Of a stretch of 64,000 nucleotides of DNA, positions 10,420 to 20,478 are shown in pieces (the stretch's first letter is position 1; every line of letters starts with the position of its first letter). The notes beneath the pieces were generated by a model. The model saw only the letters and a program-made list of their open reading frames with translations, was not told the DNA's origin and did no database searches. The DNA comes from Nannocystis bainbridge (GTDB lineage: Bacteria; Myxococcota_A; Polyangia; Nannocystales; Nannocystaceae), in contig NZ_JAQNDL010000001.1 of the NCBI RefSeq assembly GCF_028368995.1, positions 1,184,001-1,248,000 on the forward strand. The letters are read 5' to 3'. Position numbers and translations under genes: made by a program.

Positions 10420-10887
10420 TCAGTACCCGAGGAACTCGAGCTCCTCGTCGCTGAGCTTGTGCAGGGGCTGGCGGGACTTGACCTCGCCGGTCGTCAGGTC
10501 ATTGTAGAGCTCCATGTCGGGAATGTTGCGCAGGATGAGCTCCATCTTGCGGATCTGCCCGCGCTCCGAGTCGATCATCTCCCGCTCGCGGATGATGTTG
10601 GCGATGACTCCGGCGGGGACGACGACGTCGTGCTTGGAGTCGCCCTGGGCTTGGTATGAGACGAAGCCCGAGTCGTTGTTCTGGAACTGGATGACCAGGG
10701 TGGCGAGGCGCTCGGCGTCGATTTGGTATTCCTCGCGGATGCGCCGCATCCGGGCTTCGCGCTCCTCGATGTTGGAGGCGATTTCCTTGACCTTCTTCTG
10801 CATCGCTGCGCGGATTTCGGGGGTGGTCTTGATATTATAGCGGACGGAATCGAACATGTCCGCGGGTCTGTCGACGCGATGGCCCAT
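10420..10887 (-). CDS. Hypothetical coiled-coil protein (start 10887 or 10857)
   Basis: Normal composition and GC3 bias; ends LSDEELEFLGY. Confidence 0.75.
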   Translation of the reverse strand: MGHRVDRPADMFDSVRYNIKTTPEIRAAMQKKVKEIASNIEEREARMRRIREEYQIDAERLATLVIQFQNNDSGFVSYQAQGDSKHDVVVPAGVIANIIREREMIDSERGQIRKMELILRNIPDMELYNDLTTGEVKSRQPLHKLSDEELEFLGY

Positions 10888-11028
10888 GGTGTGCCTCCAG
10901 GAAAGCATACGAAGCTACCGCGGTTAAGAAGTTTCAGCCACGCATTTCTCCGCTTCTCCCGCGCCGGCGATCGCCTGACCGTGGCTCGCGCGTCGACATG
11001 CGGCAGTGAACGGCGCGACTCCGGCACG

Positions 11029-11319
11029 GCCGGTGAAATCGGTGGCATCACGCGGACCACCGTCAAGACCTGGCAGGACCTGGGCTTCCTGCCGGTGCCG
11101 CTCAAGCGGTCGCTCGGCATGGGCGGCGGCGTGTTCAACCGCTATCCGGCCTGGGCCGTGCCGCGAGCACGCTTCATCGCCGAGAAGCGCGCCGCCGGCT
11201 TCACCTACGACGAGCTCCGCGTGATGCTGGCGAAGGCGGACGCGGAGGCGAGCCGCAAGGCGAAGGCGCCGAAGCCCGAGGCCGCCAAGCCAGCGAAGAC
11301 CAAGGTGAGCAAGGCCGCA
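11029..11319 (+). pseudogene. MerR-like HTH fragment with Lys/Ala-rich tail
   Basis: GGITRTTVKTWQDLGFLP...RYPAWAVPRARFI...GFTYDELR; no clear start or stop. Confidence 0.55.
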
Positions 11320-11394
11320 CGCGTGGCTGGCCCAGGCGCTGCAGCTCACGGGTCGCGTCGACGACCAGGCCGAGCTCAAGAGCGACCTCCAGGA

Positions 11395-11532
11395 GAACAT
11401 GTCGACGGCCCGACGCGCGCGCGCGGTGGCCGAGCTGTGCGGCGAACATGTCCAGCGCCCGCGATCGATGGCCGAGCCGTGGGCCGGCGAACATGTCCGG
11501 CGGCCCGACGCCCGCGCGCGGTGGCCGGGCTG
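11395..11532. repeat. Three imperfect direct repeats starting GAACATGTC
   Basis: Copies begin at 11395, 11444, 11489; copies 1 and 3 nearly identical over ~43 bp. Confidence 0.6.
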
Positions 11533-11710
11533 CAGCGGCGCTCATCACATCGGAGTGGGAGCTGGCGGCGCTGGGGTGTTGGCCGGCGCGCGGGGTGGCG
11601 CGAAAGGAAAGGTCTTCGACACGCCGACGTGCAGCGGCTCCACGCTGCCGAGGCCGTGGCGCTCCTTCGCGGGTTCCCACGCGGTTGCCTTCAAGGTAGG
11701 TTGGCCCACG

Positions 11711-13060
11711 ATGAGCGCGCTGCCCGATCTGGCTGTGACCGGAGAACAATACCGCGAGGTACCATTGCACGGCGATCCCCTGGTGGCCGCCGCCGGGCTG
11801 ATGGCCGGGACATCCACGTGCAACCGGTTATTGTACGAGCAGGACGGCCAGTTTTGCATCGGCCTCGGCACCAGGGCCGAGCTGCTCGTCGACTCTGGCA
11901 CCGTGCGAGTGCGGCACGGTGCGCGCGCCGAGACCATGGCATGGCAGGACAATCCGCTGCCTTGGATGACCACGCTGCTCGAACAACTGGACATCCCGCG
12001 CTGGTCTGCGTTCGGCTGGGCCAGCTTCGAACTCGCCTACGCCATGGCGGGTCTGCCGGTGGCCGACGATACGCTGTTGCTCCGCCTCGTGGTGCCGGAT
12101 GTCGAGGTTCGGGTGCGACCCGGCTCGGCCGCCGTGCGCGCGGCGACTACCGAGCAATTGGAAGCGGTGGAGGCGCTGCTACGGCGACCCGTGGCCGACC
12201 GCACGCGGGAGCCGGCGCCCATCGCAGTGGATGCACCGGATCCGCAATACACCGCTGCAGTGGCCGACTGCGTGGCGGCGATCCAGGCAGAGCAGCTGGA
12301 GAAGGTGATCCTGTCCAGGGAGGTCACCGTGTCCAGTCCGGTCGACCTGCTCGGCAGTTATGTGCACGGTCGCAGGCACAATACGCCAGTGCGGTCATTC
12401 GTGATCGACACCCCGGAGCTGACCGCGATGGGCTTCAGTCCGGAGATGCTGGTGGAGGTCGGATCCGACGGCGTGGTGCGCACGCAGCCGCTGGCCGGCA
12501 CCCGGGCGTACACTGGCGATCCGATCAAGGACGATCGGCTGCGGCACGAGCTGACCACCGACGCGAAGGAGATCTACGAGCACGCCATCTCGGTGCGGCT
12601 CGCCTGCCAGGAGCTGGATCGCATCTGCTTTGCAGGCAGTGTCGCGGTGCGCGATTTCATGACGATCAAACAACGCGGCCGGGTGCAGCACCTCGGGTCC
12701 GAGGTCAGCGGAACGCTGCCGCCGGTCGGCCCTCACGACACCGCCATCGCCCGGTCCTGGCGCGCGTTCGGGGCGCTCTTCCCGTCGGTGACAGCTTCTG
12801 GCATCCCGAAGGCCGCCGCGTACCGAATGATCCGTGCGCACGAGCCTGCGCCACGCGGGCTGTATGCGGGCGCAGTGTTCACCACCGATCATTCGGGTGC
12901 GATCGACGCGGCGCTCGCGCTTCGCACCGCCTTCCGCTCCGGCGGCCGCACCTGGCTGCGTGCGGGCGCGGGAATTGTCGGACAGTCCCGCCCCGAGCGC
13001 GAGTTCACCGAGACCTGCGAGAAGCTCAGCAGTGTCGCGGCCTATCTCGTCCGGCCCTGA
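11711..13060 (+). CDS. Salicylate synthase (MbtI/Irp9-type MST enzyme)
   Basis: EKVILSR, GFSPE, TQPLAGTR, KEIYEHAISVRLA, VQHLGS, LFPSVTASGIPK, RGLYAGAV, LRAGAGIVGQSRPEREFTETCEKL. Confidence 0.88.
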   Translation: MSALPDLAVTGEQYREVPLHGDPLVAAAGLMAGTSTCNRLLYEQDGQFCIGLGTRAELLVDSGTVRVRHGARAETMAWQDNPLPWMTTLLEQLDIPRWSAFGWASFELAYAMAGLPVADDTLLLRLVVPDVEVRVRPGSAAVRAATTEQLEAVEALLRRPVADRTREPAPIAVDAPDPQYTAAVADCVAAIQAEQLEKVILSREVTVSSPVDLLGSYVHGRRHNTPVRSFVIDTPELTAMGFSPEMLVEVGSDGVVRTQPLAGTRAYTGDPIKDDRLRHELTTDAKEIYEHAISVRLACQELDRICFAGSVAVRDFMTIKQRGRVQHLGSEVSGTLPPVGPHDTAIARSWRAFGALFPSVTASGIPKAAAYRMIRAHEPAPRGLYAGAVFTTDHSGAIDAALALRTAFRSGGRTWLRAGAGIVGQSRPEREFTETCEKLSSVAAYLVRP

Positions 13061-13352
13061 CGTCGCCGATGAACAAGCCGGGCACATGCGCGATACGCGT
13101 GATGCTCGGCGGGTCGCCTGGACGATGCGCCGTCCTGGCCGGACCTGCGGCCGCGATCCGCTGGCGGTCCAACGACTTGGCCTGGGCCAAGCTTTTTGGA
13201 GACCTCCCCAGGATCCGCTTCGACGCCGTTTGAGCCCTGCCGCCAAGGTCGTGCGCGGGCGTCAAGGGTACGCCCACTGCGCTCCTCACGGATGGCTCTG
13301 CAGGGCCGATCCGGAGCACCCTGCCGAGCGCCGAATAGATCCGCGATCTGAT

Positions 13353-13404
13353 GGTGGCCTACTTCTGGCGAGCAGAGGTGGCCTACTTCTGGCCAGCGGC
13401 GAAG
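13353..13404. mobile_element. Isolated IS21-like end with tandem transposase-binding repeats
   Basis: 17-bp direct repeat GGTGGCCTACTTCTGGC at 13353 and 13377. Confidence 0.5.
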
Positions 13405-13525
13405 CGAGCTCCGCGACTCGTGCTTCAAGCTCGGCAATTCGGCGTTCCTTGGCCTCCAGTTCGCTCACAGAGGCAGGAGAGCATTTTCGCGCGCCCTGCA
13501 AGATTCTCGGCCCGTGAACGGTTAC
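13405..13525 (-). mobile_element. IS66-family (ISBst12-like) left-end remnant
   Basis: Minus strand starts GTAACCGTTCAC, followed by coiled-coil ELEAKERRIAELEARVAEL. Confidence 0.55.
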
Positions 13526-13567
13526 AGCCGTTGCCACCCTGTGCATCACCATGGTAAGGGCTGTGGC

Positions 13568-14131
13568 ATGAATGCAATGGACGATTTCCTCGAGCGCAAG
13601 CTGGCGAGACGCTTTCGTGCGCACGATCGCGATGGTAATGGATATCTACAACGACAGGACTTCGAGCTGTCCGCAGTGCACATGGCCGAGGAATTCGGCC
13701 ACGGGCCGGAGTCTCCTGCCCGAAAGAGGCTCGTCGAGATCAGCCTGGGCTTGTGGGATCACCTGCGGAAGGTCGCCGACTTCGACGCCGACGAGCGCAT
13801 CAGCCTGGACGAGTACAAGGCCGCATTCGCGGCAGGCATGCTCGAGACCCCCGAGACGTTCGATCAGAGCTATGTCCCTTACATCAACGCAGTGATGGAC
13901 ATCGCCGATCAGGATCACGACGGGAGGCTCACCGTCTCCGACGAAATCCGCTGGATGGGAACGCTGATGAACATGCCTGAGCAGGTCACTCGCGCCGCGT
14001 TCCAGCGCATCGACAAGGACGGCGACGGCTTCATCACCACCAGGGATCTGCTGGAGACCATTCGCGCCTACTACTTCGACGACTCGCCCGACGCGCCCGG
14101 TCACTGGTTGCTCGGCTCGCTCTATCCGTGA
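13568..14131 (+). CDS. Four-EF-hand calcium-binding protein (calerythrin-like)
   Basis: DRDGNGYLQRQDF, DFDADERISLDEY, DQDHDGRLTVSDE, DKDGDGFITTRDL. Confidence 0.88.
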   Translation: MNAMDDFLERKLARRFRAHDRDGNGYLQRQDFELSAVHMAEEFGHGPESPARKRLVEISLGLWDHLRKVADFDADERISLDEYKAAFAAGMLETPETFDQSYVPYINAVMDIADQDHDGRLTVSDEIRWMGTLMNMPEQVTRAAFQRIDKDGDGFITTRDLLETIRAYYFDDSPDAPGHWLLGSLYP

Positions 14132-14976
14132 TCGCGTCCGCTCGCGCGGTGCTCCGGTTTACGGCCCCAGACCTGAAAGTAGAGGTGCGAGACCACCAGC
14201 GTGTCGGGGTCATCGCAATGGCGTTTGAGGTCTCGCAAAAGCCCGCCGAGCTCGGCTTCTCCGACAAATCCGCCGCTGACCAGTGCAGCGCGGACATTTT
14301 GGACGAAGTCGAGAAAGATGTGTCGGCGGTTATGGCCGTGCGGGTAGATGTGGATCACCGGATTCACCCGGAGCTCCACGAGCCCGGCGTCACGCAGCAT
14401 CCGGTGGATCTTTCTTCCCACGAACAGGTCGACGCCCTTGGCGCGGGAATACGCCTGAAAGATCTCGAACAGGCGATCCCAGGCGGGTGAAGGCGGGTCG
14501 CACAGGTGCGGGAGATAGTCCGCCTCATGGCTCGCTAGCACGCCTCCTGGGCGCAGCAGGGAGACCATCGCCTCGACGACCTGTTCCGGCCGTGGGACAT
14601 TCACGAGCACCAATCGACAGAACACCACGTCGAACGATTCTCTCGGCAGGCCGGGCGCCCTCGCGTCGCCATGTACGACCTCGACATTGGTTCGCTGCTG
14701 CTTTGCGACATGCGCGCGGGCCGAAGCGACGAAGCTCTCGTTCCTGTCGAGACCGACCACGGTCCCGGTCGGTCCCACGCGTTCGGAGAGCAGCTCGAGC
14801 GCCCCCTGCGGACCGCAGCCGAGCTCGATCGCCCGTGCGCCCGGGCGAATCTCCAACTGGTCGAGCAACCACCGGGCCTCCCCCGCGAGATCCTGAATCT
14901 GCTTGCGGAGACGCTCTTCCTCCCGCTGGCTGTCCCCCAATAGATACGTTTCGGAGTCCCTCGATTCGCTTTCCAT
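14122..14976 (-). CDS. Class I SAM-dependent methyltransferase
   Basis: IELGCGPQG, VVGLD, GDA, ESFDVVFCRLVL, LLRPGG. Confidence 0.9.
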   Translation of the reverse strand: MESESRDSETYLLGDSQREEERLRKQIQDLAGEARWLLDQLEIRPGARAIELGCGPQGALELLSERVGPTGTVVGLDRNESFVASARAHVAKQQRTNVEVVHGDARAPGLPRESFDVVFCRLVLVNVPRPEQVVEAMVSLLRPGGVLASHEADYLPHLCDPPSPAWDRLFEIFQAYSRAKGVDLFVGRKIHRMLRDAGLVELRVNPVIHIYPHGHNRRHIFLDFVQNVRAALVSGGFVGEAELGGLLRDLKRHCDDPDTLVVSHLYFQVWGRKPEHRASGRDHG

Positions 14977-15139
14977 AGACCTTCACGTCATCGACGACGG
15001 TAGGAGTGGTTGACTCGCCATGGCGGTGGATGCTCGCACAGCCGCGGCGCGAACTCAACCCCTCGTTCTCCGCCCGGATTCGCGGGGCCGATGAGGACTT
15101 CTGGACTCCGAATACTGCGGTGCCGCAGCTCGCGGCACC

Positions 15140-15255
15140 CCTCGGGCAGGTGGGCCTCGTGCGTCCGACGCTTGCCCGGCGTCGTGCGCTCGTGCGGCAG
15201 ATGGTGATGTCAATCCCAAACACGCGGGCGAGAAGCTTGGCTCGACCGATGCGAC
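15140..15255 (-). mobile_element. IS91-like transposase C-terminal relic
   Basis: RIGRAKLLARVFGIDITIC, then ARGPP in a shifted frame. Confidence 0.5.
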
Positions 15256-15259
15256 GCGG

Positions 15260-15779
15260 CCGGGACGAAGTCTCCGGCACGTCGTCCGACTTCGCGCAAG
15301 GCACGGTCGAGCGACGCAGCATCGGCCAGCGGGCTGTACATATAAATCTCTTCATCCGGGCCTGCCGGTGCGAAGGCAGCCTCTACCAAGACCGAGGTGT
15401 CGGCGCGAAAGAGCAGGAATTTTCCCCGCCGCGCGAGGCGATTTGTGAACAACGCGGCCCCGGCGACCTGAGCCGTCGCGGGCAGCCCCCGCGCCATTGC
15501 CGCGAGCTCTTCGTCGACGGCTTTCGGAAATTTCTCGCGGTCCCGATGGAGCTGGTCAGCGATCTTCGACACGTTCTCCCGGTCGCTCGACGCGAGCCAA
15601 CTGATGATCGTATCCCAGCTCTCGGCCTCCTCGCCCGCGGGCGCCGTCTCGTTCGCATAGTAGACGAGGACCTGGGGCCGCAACGACTCCTCGTTGCCGC
15701 AGGACGCGAGGGCGTAGGCGAACATCGCCGCGGCCACCAGCACCGCTACGAGCGGCACGACGAGTCCGCATCCTCCCAT
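15260..15779 (-). pseudogene. Truncated putative lipoprotein
   Basis: Hydrophobic signal ending LASC; frame runs into the IS91-like relic. Confidence 0.4.
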
Positions 15780-16722
15780 GCGCCTCTTGTCTCCGATGCT
15801 CGACTACAAATGCTCGCCCGCAAAGCCCAAGCTCGCGGCGCTTTTGCCGAGCCCGTCCTTGTCGCCCGATTCGGGATCCTTGTCGAGCCCATCCTTAGTC
15901 GCCCAATTCGGGATCCTTTTCGAGGGCGTACATCATCTTGCGTCCGACGAGCGACCCGCGCACGTCGACATCAGGGGTCCCAAGACTGACCCTCACCAGG
16001 TGATCTTTGCCTAGAGCGCCAGCCACATGGATGAGCGTGCCATAGATGGCCAGGAAGATCGACCCGTATGCGACGACAGCTCTTGAGAATCGGCGCATCA
16101 CTGGGAGCTTGAGTGGTTGGTTTAGGGTCGTCATGTCTTCGCCTCTTCTTTTTCTTCTTCCAAACTTCTGTTTGTATTGGGTTGGCAGGCACGGCCTTGC
16201 CGCTTGGGATGTCCAGACCTGTAGTCTAATCGACGGTGCGACGGAACTACGTAAGTATGGCATCAACGTTCATCGAGGCCGCGCCGTGCTCGAACTTTGA
16301 CCGGTCTGCAAATACTTGGATGCGAGCTGGACCGCGCAAGTACTCCAACGGAGAAGGCCGGCTCGCTGACTTCAGCGGTAGCGACCGATCGCCCGCCACG
16401 ATGGAGCGATGATTCCGTCCTCGTCGGTGATGTCATCAAGCGGGCAGCGGCCTCATGCGGGCTATCAGGGGCGGCATCCCCCTTGGCCCCCCGACCTGGT
16501 CTAATCCACGCCGCGCGGACAAGCATGTGCCGGCAGCCTGGTCGACCGACCGGCCCGCCGAGAGCGCTGAGCTGGCGAGTTGGTCGAGTGGCGCCGTTGG
16601 GTCGAGTCGCGCCCGTGCCGGACGTGGTGACTGTCCGGCCGGACGGGGAGGCGGAGCCGCGCTGAACCCCAGCCTGCTTGCTTCCCGCCGCGTGCGGGCC
16701 ATCCTGAGCCCGGAGACACGTC

Positions 16723-18003
16723 ATGCCTCGATCGACGACTCAGCGTCCTCCCGTGAATAGAGCCTCGCCTGTGAACGGCGGGGCTCGGCCGGGGCCGGCA
16801 TTTGCGTATGGCGGGCTCATCGCCTTGTTGGCGAGTCCGCTGGCGCTCCTCGCCGGCGACGCTCGGGCGGGCGGCGGCGCGCCCGAGCACGGCCCCGGCG
16901 CCGCCATCGCGGAATGCTATGAGTTCACCGTCATCCCCCCGCTGGGGATCGCGGGCGAGAGCGGTCAGCGGCTGGTGGACCTCAACGAGAACGGCGTCGT
17001 CCTGCTCCACGCGCTGCCCCACCACACGCCGTGGTACCGCGGCGATGCCCAGCAAACCGCGTTCGTCTTCGCGGGGAAGGTCCGGCCCGTCGTCGTCGAC
17101 GGCCTGCTGCAGACTCGCGCGGTCGACATCAACGATCGCGACGAGGTGCTCGTGTTCGGCGCGAAGAACCCCGGCGTGCTCCCGGAGTGGAGCGAGGCGG
17201 TGATCTGGAGGCACGGCGAGCTCGTGGCCCGGATCGCTAGCCCGCCGGGCACCGCCTTCACCGACGGGGCCATCAACGAGCGCGGCCATCTGGTGCTGGA
17301 GACCCGGGCCCCGCGGGTCTATCGCTGGCGCGGCCAGGCGCTCGAAGATCTCGACATGCAGCATTTCACCGTCTTCAACGACGCCGACGAGGTCTTCGAC
17401 GACGCGGGCACGAAATGGGGCGACCACCGGTCCGAGCTGCCGACCACCTGCTCCGAGGTGCGGCACCTCGACCTGAGTATCAGCCGCCACGGCACCCTCG
17501 CCGGCATGCTGTACTGCGACGATCTGGACTGGCCGAACGCGGTCCTCGTGACATGGCCCGAGGGCCAGTTCACTCGGCTCGCGGACGAGACGGAATGGAC
17601 GGAGCTGTGGGGGGTCACCGACCGTGGCGACATCATCGGCGAGACATTCGACGACTTCGTGCTTCCGGTGGCATGGCGCCACGGCGAGACGGTGCGCTTG
17701 CCGCGGCCGCCGTCCACCTACGCCGGGTTCTACGCCGACATCAACGAGCACGGCCTCATGGTCGGCGCCTTCGATCGCCGCGAAGCGGTCGACTTCGAGG
17801 GCGACGACCCCGACTCGTACCTCTTCGCCGTCAGCGACGGCACCCGCGTGAAGCAACTGCCGCTGCCCGACCCCCTGGTCGGATACCTCGACCCGATCGC
17901 CGGCATCAACGACCGCGGCGACATCGTCGGGTGCGTCGACGACATGGGATACGATTACCGCACGATGATCTGGCTGCCGCGCCCCGCGGCGGCTTGCCCG
18001 TGA
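16723..18003 (+). CDS. Secreted HAF-like repeat (beta-propeller) protein 1
   Basis: Signal-like segment; repeats DLNENGVV, DINDRDEV, AINERGHL, DINEHGLMVG, GINDRGDIVG. Confidence 0.8.
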   Translation: MPRSTTQRPPVNRASPVNGGARPGPAFAYGGLIALLASPLALLAGDARAGGGAPEHGPGAAIAECYEFTVIPPLGIAGESGQRLVDLNENGVVLLHALPHHTPWYRGDAQQTAFVFAGKVRPVVVDGLLQTRAVDINDRDEVLVFGAKNPGVLPEWSEAVIWRHGELVARIASPPGTAFTDGAINERGHLVLETRAPRVYRWRGQALEDLDMQHFTVFNDADEVFDDAGTKWGDHRSELPTTCSEVRHLDLSISRHGTLAGMLYCDDLDWPNAVLVTWPEGQFTRLADETEWTELWGVTDRGDIIGETFDDFVLPVAWRHGETVRLPRPPSTYAGFYADINEHGLMVGAFDRREAVDFEGDDPDSYLFAVSDGTRVKQLPLPDPLVGYLDPIAGINDRGDIVGCVDDMGYDYRTMIWLPRPAAACP

Positions 18004-18017
18004 CATGGAGACATGAC

Positions 18018-19283
18018 ATGATCGACGTCGCTCATCCATGCATTCGTCGAGGTCAGGCGCGCCCGTCGCTCGCACGACGGCTGTCCGCAGGGTTGCTCGT
18101 GGCGGCCGCGCTCGGCCCGGGGCGCGCCGTCGAGGCCGGCGGCTCGACGCTGGCCACCTGCTACGAGGTCACCGTCGTCCCCGCGCTCGAGCTCGACATC
18201 GACGGCAGTCGCACGCTGATCGGCCTCAGCGAGTCCGGCCGGCTGCTCATCGACGTGGAGGAAGTGTCGCTCGACGACGTCAGCGTCCTGGCGACCGTCT
18301 GGACCGGCGCCGAGGCCCATCCGATCGTGGTCGACGGGCTCGTCGACACGTTCTCGCAGGGCATCAACGAGCGCGGCGAGGTCCTCGTATTCGGCGACCG
18401 TGGGGCGGACTCCAGCCAATCCCGGGCCGTGCTGTGGCAGGACGGCGCCGTACTGGCCGAGGTCAGCGTCCCCGAGCACTCGTTCCACCGCGGCTGGCTC
18501 AACGAACTCGGCCACGCCGCCCTGCAGACGATCGCCATCTACGCGAACGAGGGCGTGTTCTACCGCGCGTGGCGGTGGCGCGACGGCGAGCTCGCGGCGC
18601 TCGACGACAGCGACCTCGAGATCCTCGCGTTCGACGACTACGACGGGGTCTACGGCTTCGATCGCGACGCCCGCGAGTTCGTGCGCTGGGGCGGCGCGCG
18701 CACGGTCCTGCCGACCGGGTGTCGGCCCGAATCCGAGGACTATTCGCTGTATGTCAGCGACAGCGGCAGGCACGTGGTCGGGTCGTTCCGCTGCGGAGAC
18801 ACCTGGCACGCGGTGCACTGGACGGGCGGTCAGGTGAGAGAGCTCGAGCATCCTGCTGGCGAGATCCGCGTGCGGGGCGTCAACGACGACGACCACATCA
18901 TCGGCAGCCGGAGGGGCGGGCAAGGCGAGTGGATCCCGGTGCAGTGGAGCAGCGACCTCGAGCTCGCCGAGATCCCGAGCCTGGGGCACGACGGCGCCTA
19001 CTTCGACATCAACAACCACGGTCTGATGATCGGCCGCTACTACGATGAGTCGGGCGGCGAGATCCACGCCTATCAGATCAGTGACGGCCACTACGTCGTC
19101 GCGCTGCCCTACCCGCCGGGCGCGGACTTCGGGCACGACGCCTACGACGTGGGCCCGCCGCTGGTCAACGACCGCGGCGACCTCGTCGCCGACACCCAGG
19201 ACGCCGACTGGGCTCACCGCGCGCTGTCCTGGCGGCCCGCGCCAAGCTGCGGCGCTCACGATCGTACGGGCTCACGAGAGTGA
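18018..19283 (+). CDS. Secreted HAF-like repeat protein 2
   Basis: GGAG upstream of ATG; GINERGEV, LNELGHA, GVNDDDHIIG, DINNHGLMIG, VNDRGDLV. Confidence 0.8.
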   Translation: MIDVAHPCIRRGQARPSLARRLSAGLLVAAALGPGRAVEAGGSTLATCYEVTVVPALELDIDGSRTLIGLSESGRLLIDVEEVSLDDVSVLATVWTGAEAHPIVVDGLVDTFSQGINERGEVLVFGDRGADSSQSRAVLWQDGAVLAEVSVPEHSFHRGWLNELGHAALQTIAIYANEGVFYRAWRWRDGELAALDDSDLEILAFDDYDGVYGFDRDAREFVRWGGARTVLPTGCRPESEDYSLYVSDSGRHVVGSFRCGDTWHAVHWTGGQVRELEHPAGEIRVRGVNDDDHIIGSRRGGQGEWIPVQWSSDLELAEIPSLGHDGAYFDINNHGLMIGRYYDESGGEIHAYQISDGHYVVALPYPPGADFGHDAYDVGPPLVNDRGDLVADTQDADWAHRALSWRPAPSCGAHDRTGSRE

Positions 19284-19379
19284 GATCGCCGCGATCCGCC
19301 ATCCTCGAAATGACCCGCATCGAGGTCGTTGATCCCACTCTCGACGTCGCTTACCGTCACGCGCGCTCTGCTTCCACCC

Positions 19380-19503
19380 CCGAACCCCGCTTCAAACTGC
19401 TTAAGCGCGCTGTGCCGCGCGTCGAAGCTCCATGCGAGCGAATCAGCCGAGGCGACGAGCGAGGCCACGAGTCGCGCTTAAGCAGTTTGAAGCGGGGATT
19501 CGG
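19380..19503. repeat. MITE-like element with perfect 25-bp inverted repeats
   Basis: CCCCGCTTCAAACTGCTTAAGCGCG (19385-19409) and its exact reverse complement (19473-19497). Confidence 0.75.
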
Positions 19504-19849
19504 ACGCCACCGACCTCATGCACCGGCGCTCGCCCGGCTATGCGGCATCGTCATGTCCGCCGCGCCCCGCTATGACCTCCGGCCCGTCGATGGTCGAACC
19601 CCGCGCGCGGCCAGATGGCCGTGCGCGGGCTTGAGGTCGCGCGGGGTGACCTCGGCGCGTGCGCTCACATCGGGCCGTAGATCGTCAAGTGCTGCACGAG
19701 TTGATTTTGCCCTCCGTGGGCAGCGACCTCTCTCAGAGACCGGAACAGCGTGGACAGCAAGAGGGCTGCGAGAAAAGCCAGGGCCGTCATCCAGGGGACG
19801 GAAGCCTTACTGTCACAGGGAGCAGCACAGGCTCGACATGGAGCGCCAC

Positions 19850-20310
19850 GGCGTACAGCACCTCGTCCTGCCGCGGACAGATGCTCTGCACCACCCAGTC
19901 CCCCCAGTCGTCGCCGACGAAGAAGTAGGGGATGTCGTCGATGTTGAAGGTGCCGATGAATCGGGCCTGCTCGTTGATCTTCTCGATGTGTCCGCCCTCG
20001 ACTCCTTGCGGCAGCGGAATGACCGCGAGCTCGCCGCCCTGCCACAGCGCCGGCGCGCGGGTCTCGCCGATCAGGACCGAACCGACGATGTCGCCGCGGT
20101 CGTTCAGATCGCCGACCCACACCGCCTCGCCCGGCAGCTCCAGCGCCTCGTTCCACGCCCAGGTCATGCCGAGCCGGCGCGAGTCGCACTCGAACGACGC
20201 CGCGACCCGCCCGTCCCGATTGAGCTGCACCTCGTCGGGCGAGTGGGCCGGCGACTGGCAGTTCGTGGGCAGCACGCGCCGTTCGGCCATCACTTCGTCG
20301 TCGTGCGGAG
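19850..20310 (-). pseudogene. Inverted internal fragment of a HAF-like repeat paralogue
   Basis: VLPTNC...LNRDGRVAASFEC...DLNDRGDIVG...INEQARFIG. Confidence 0.65.
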
Positions 20311-20478
20311 CGATCGCTCGCCATCGTTGAAGCCGGCGAGCGCGCTCGCCTGAGCGTGCTTGCGAGCCTCGGCCCGTCGCCCATGTTTTCATCGAGGCAG
20401 CGGACCCGCCGACGGGAGCTCGCCGGGCCGCTTGCGATCCGAAGCCTCCCCCGTATGACCAGCGCTGGAGGACCGCGA

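Noticed and set aside
15895-16500. Lower-GC stretch with short ORFs
   Set aside because: No recognisable motif or RNA structure; coding status unsupported.
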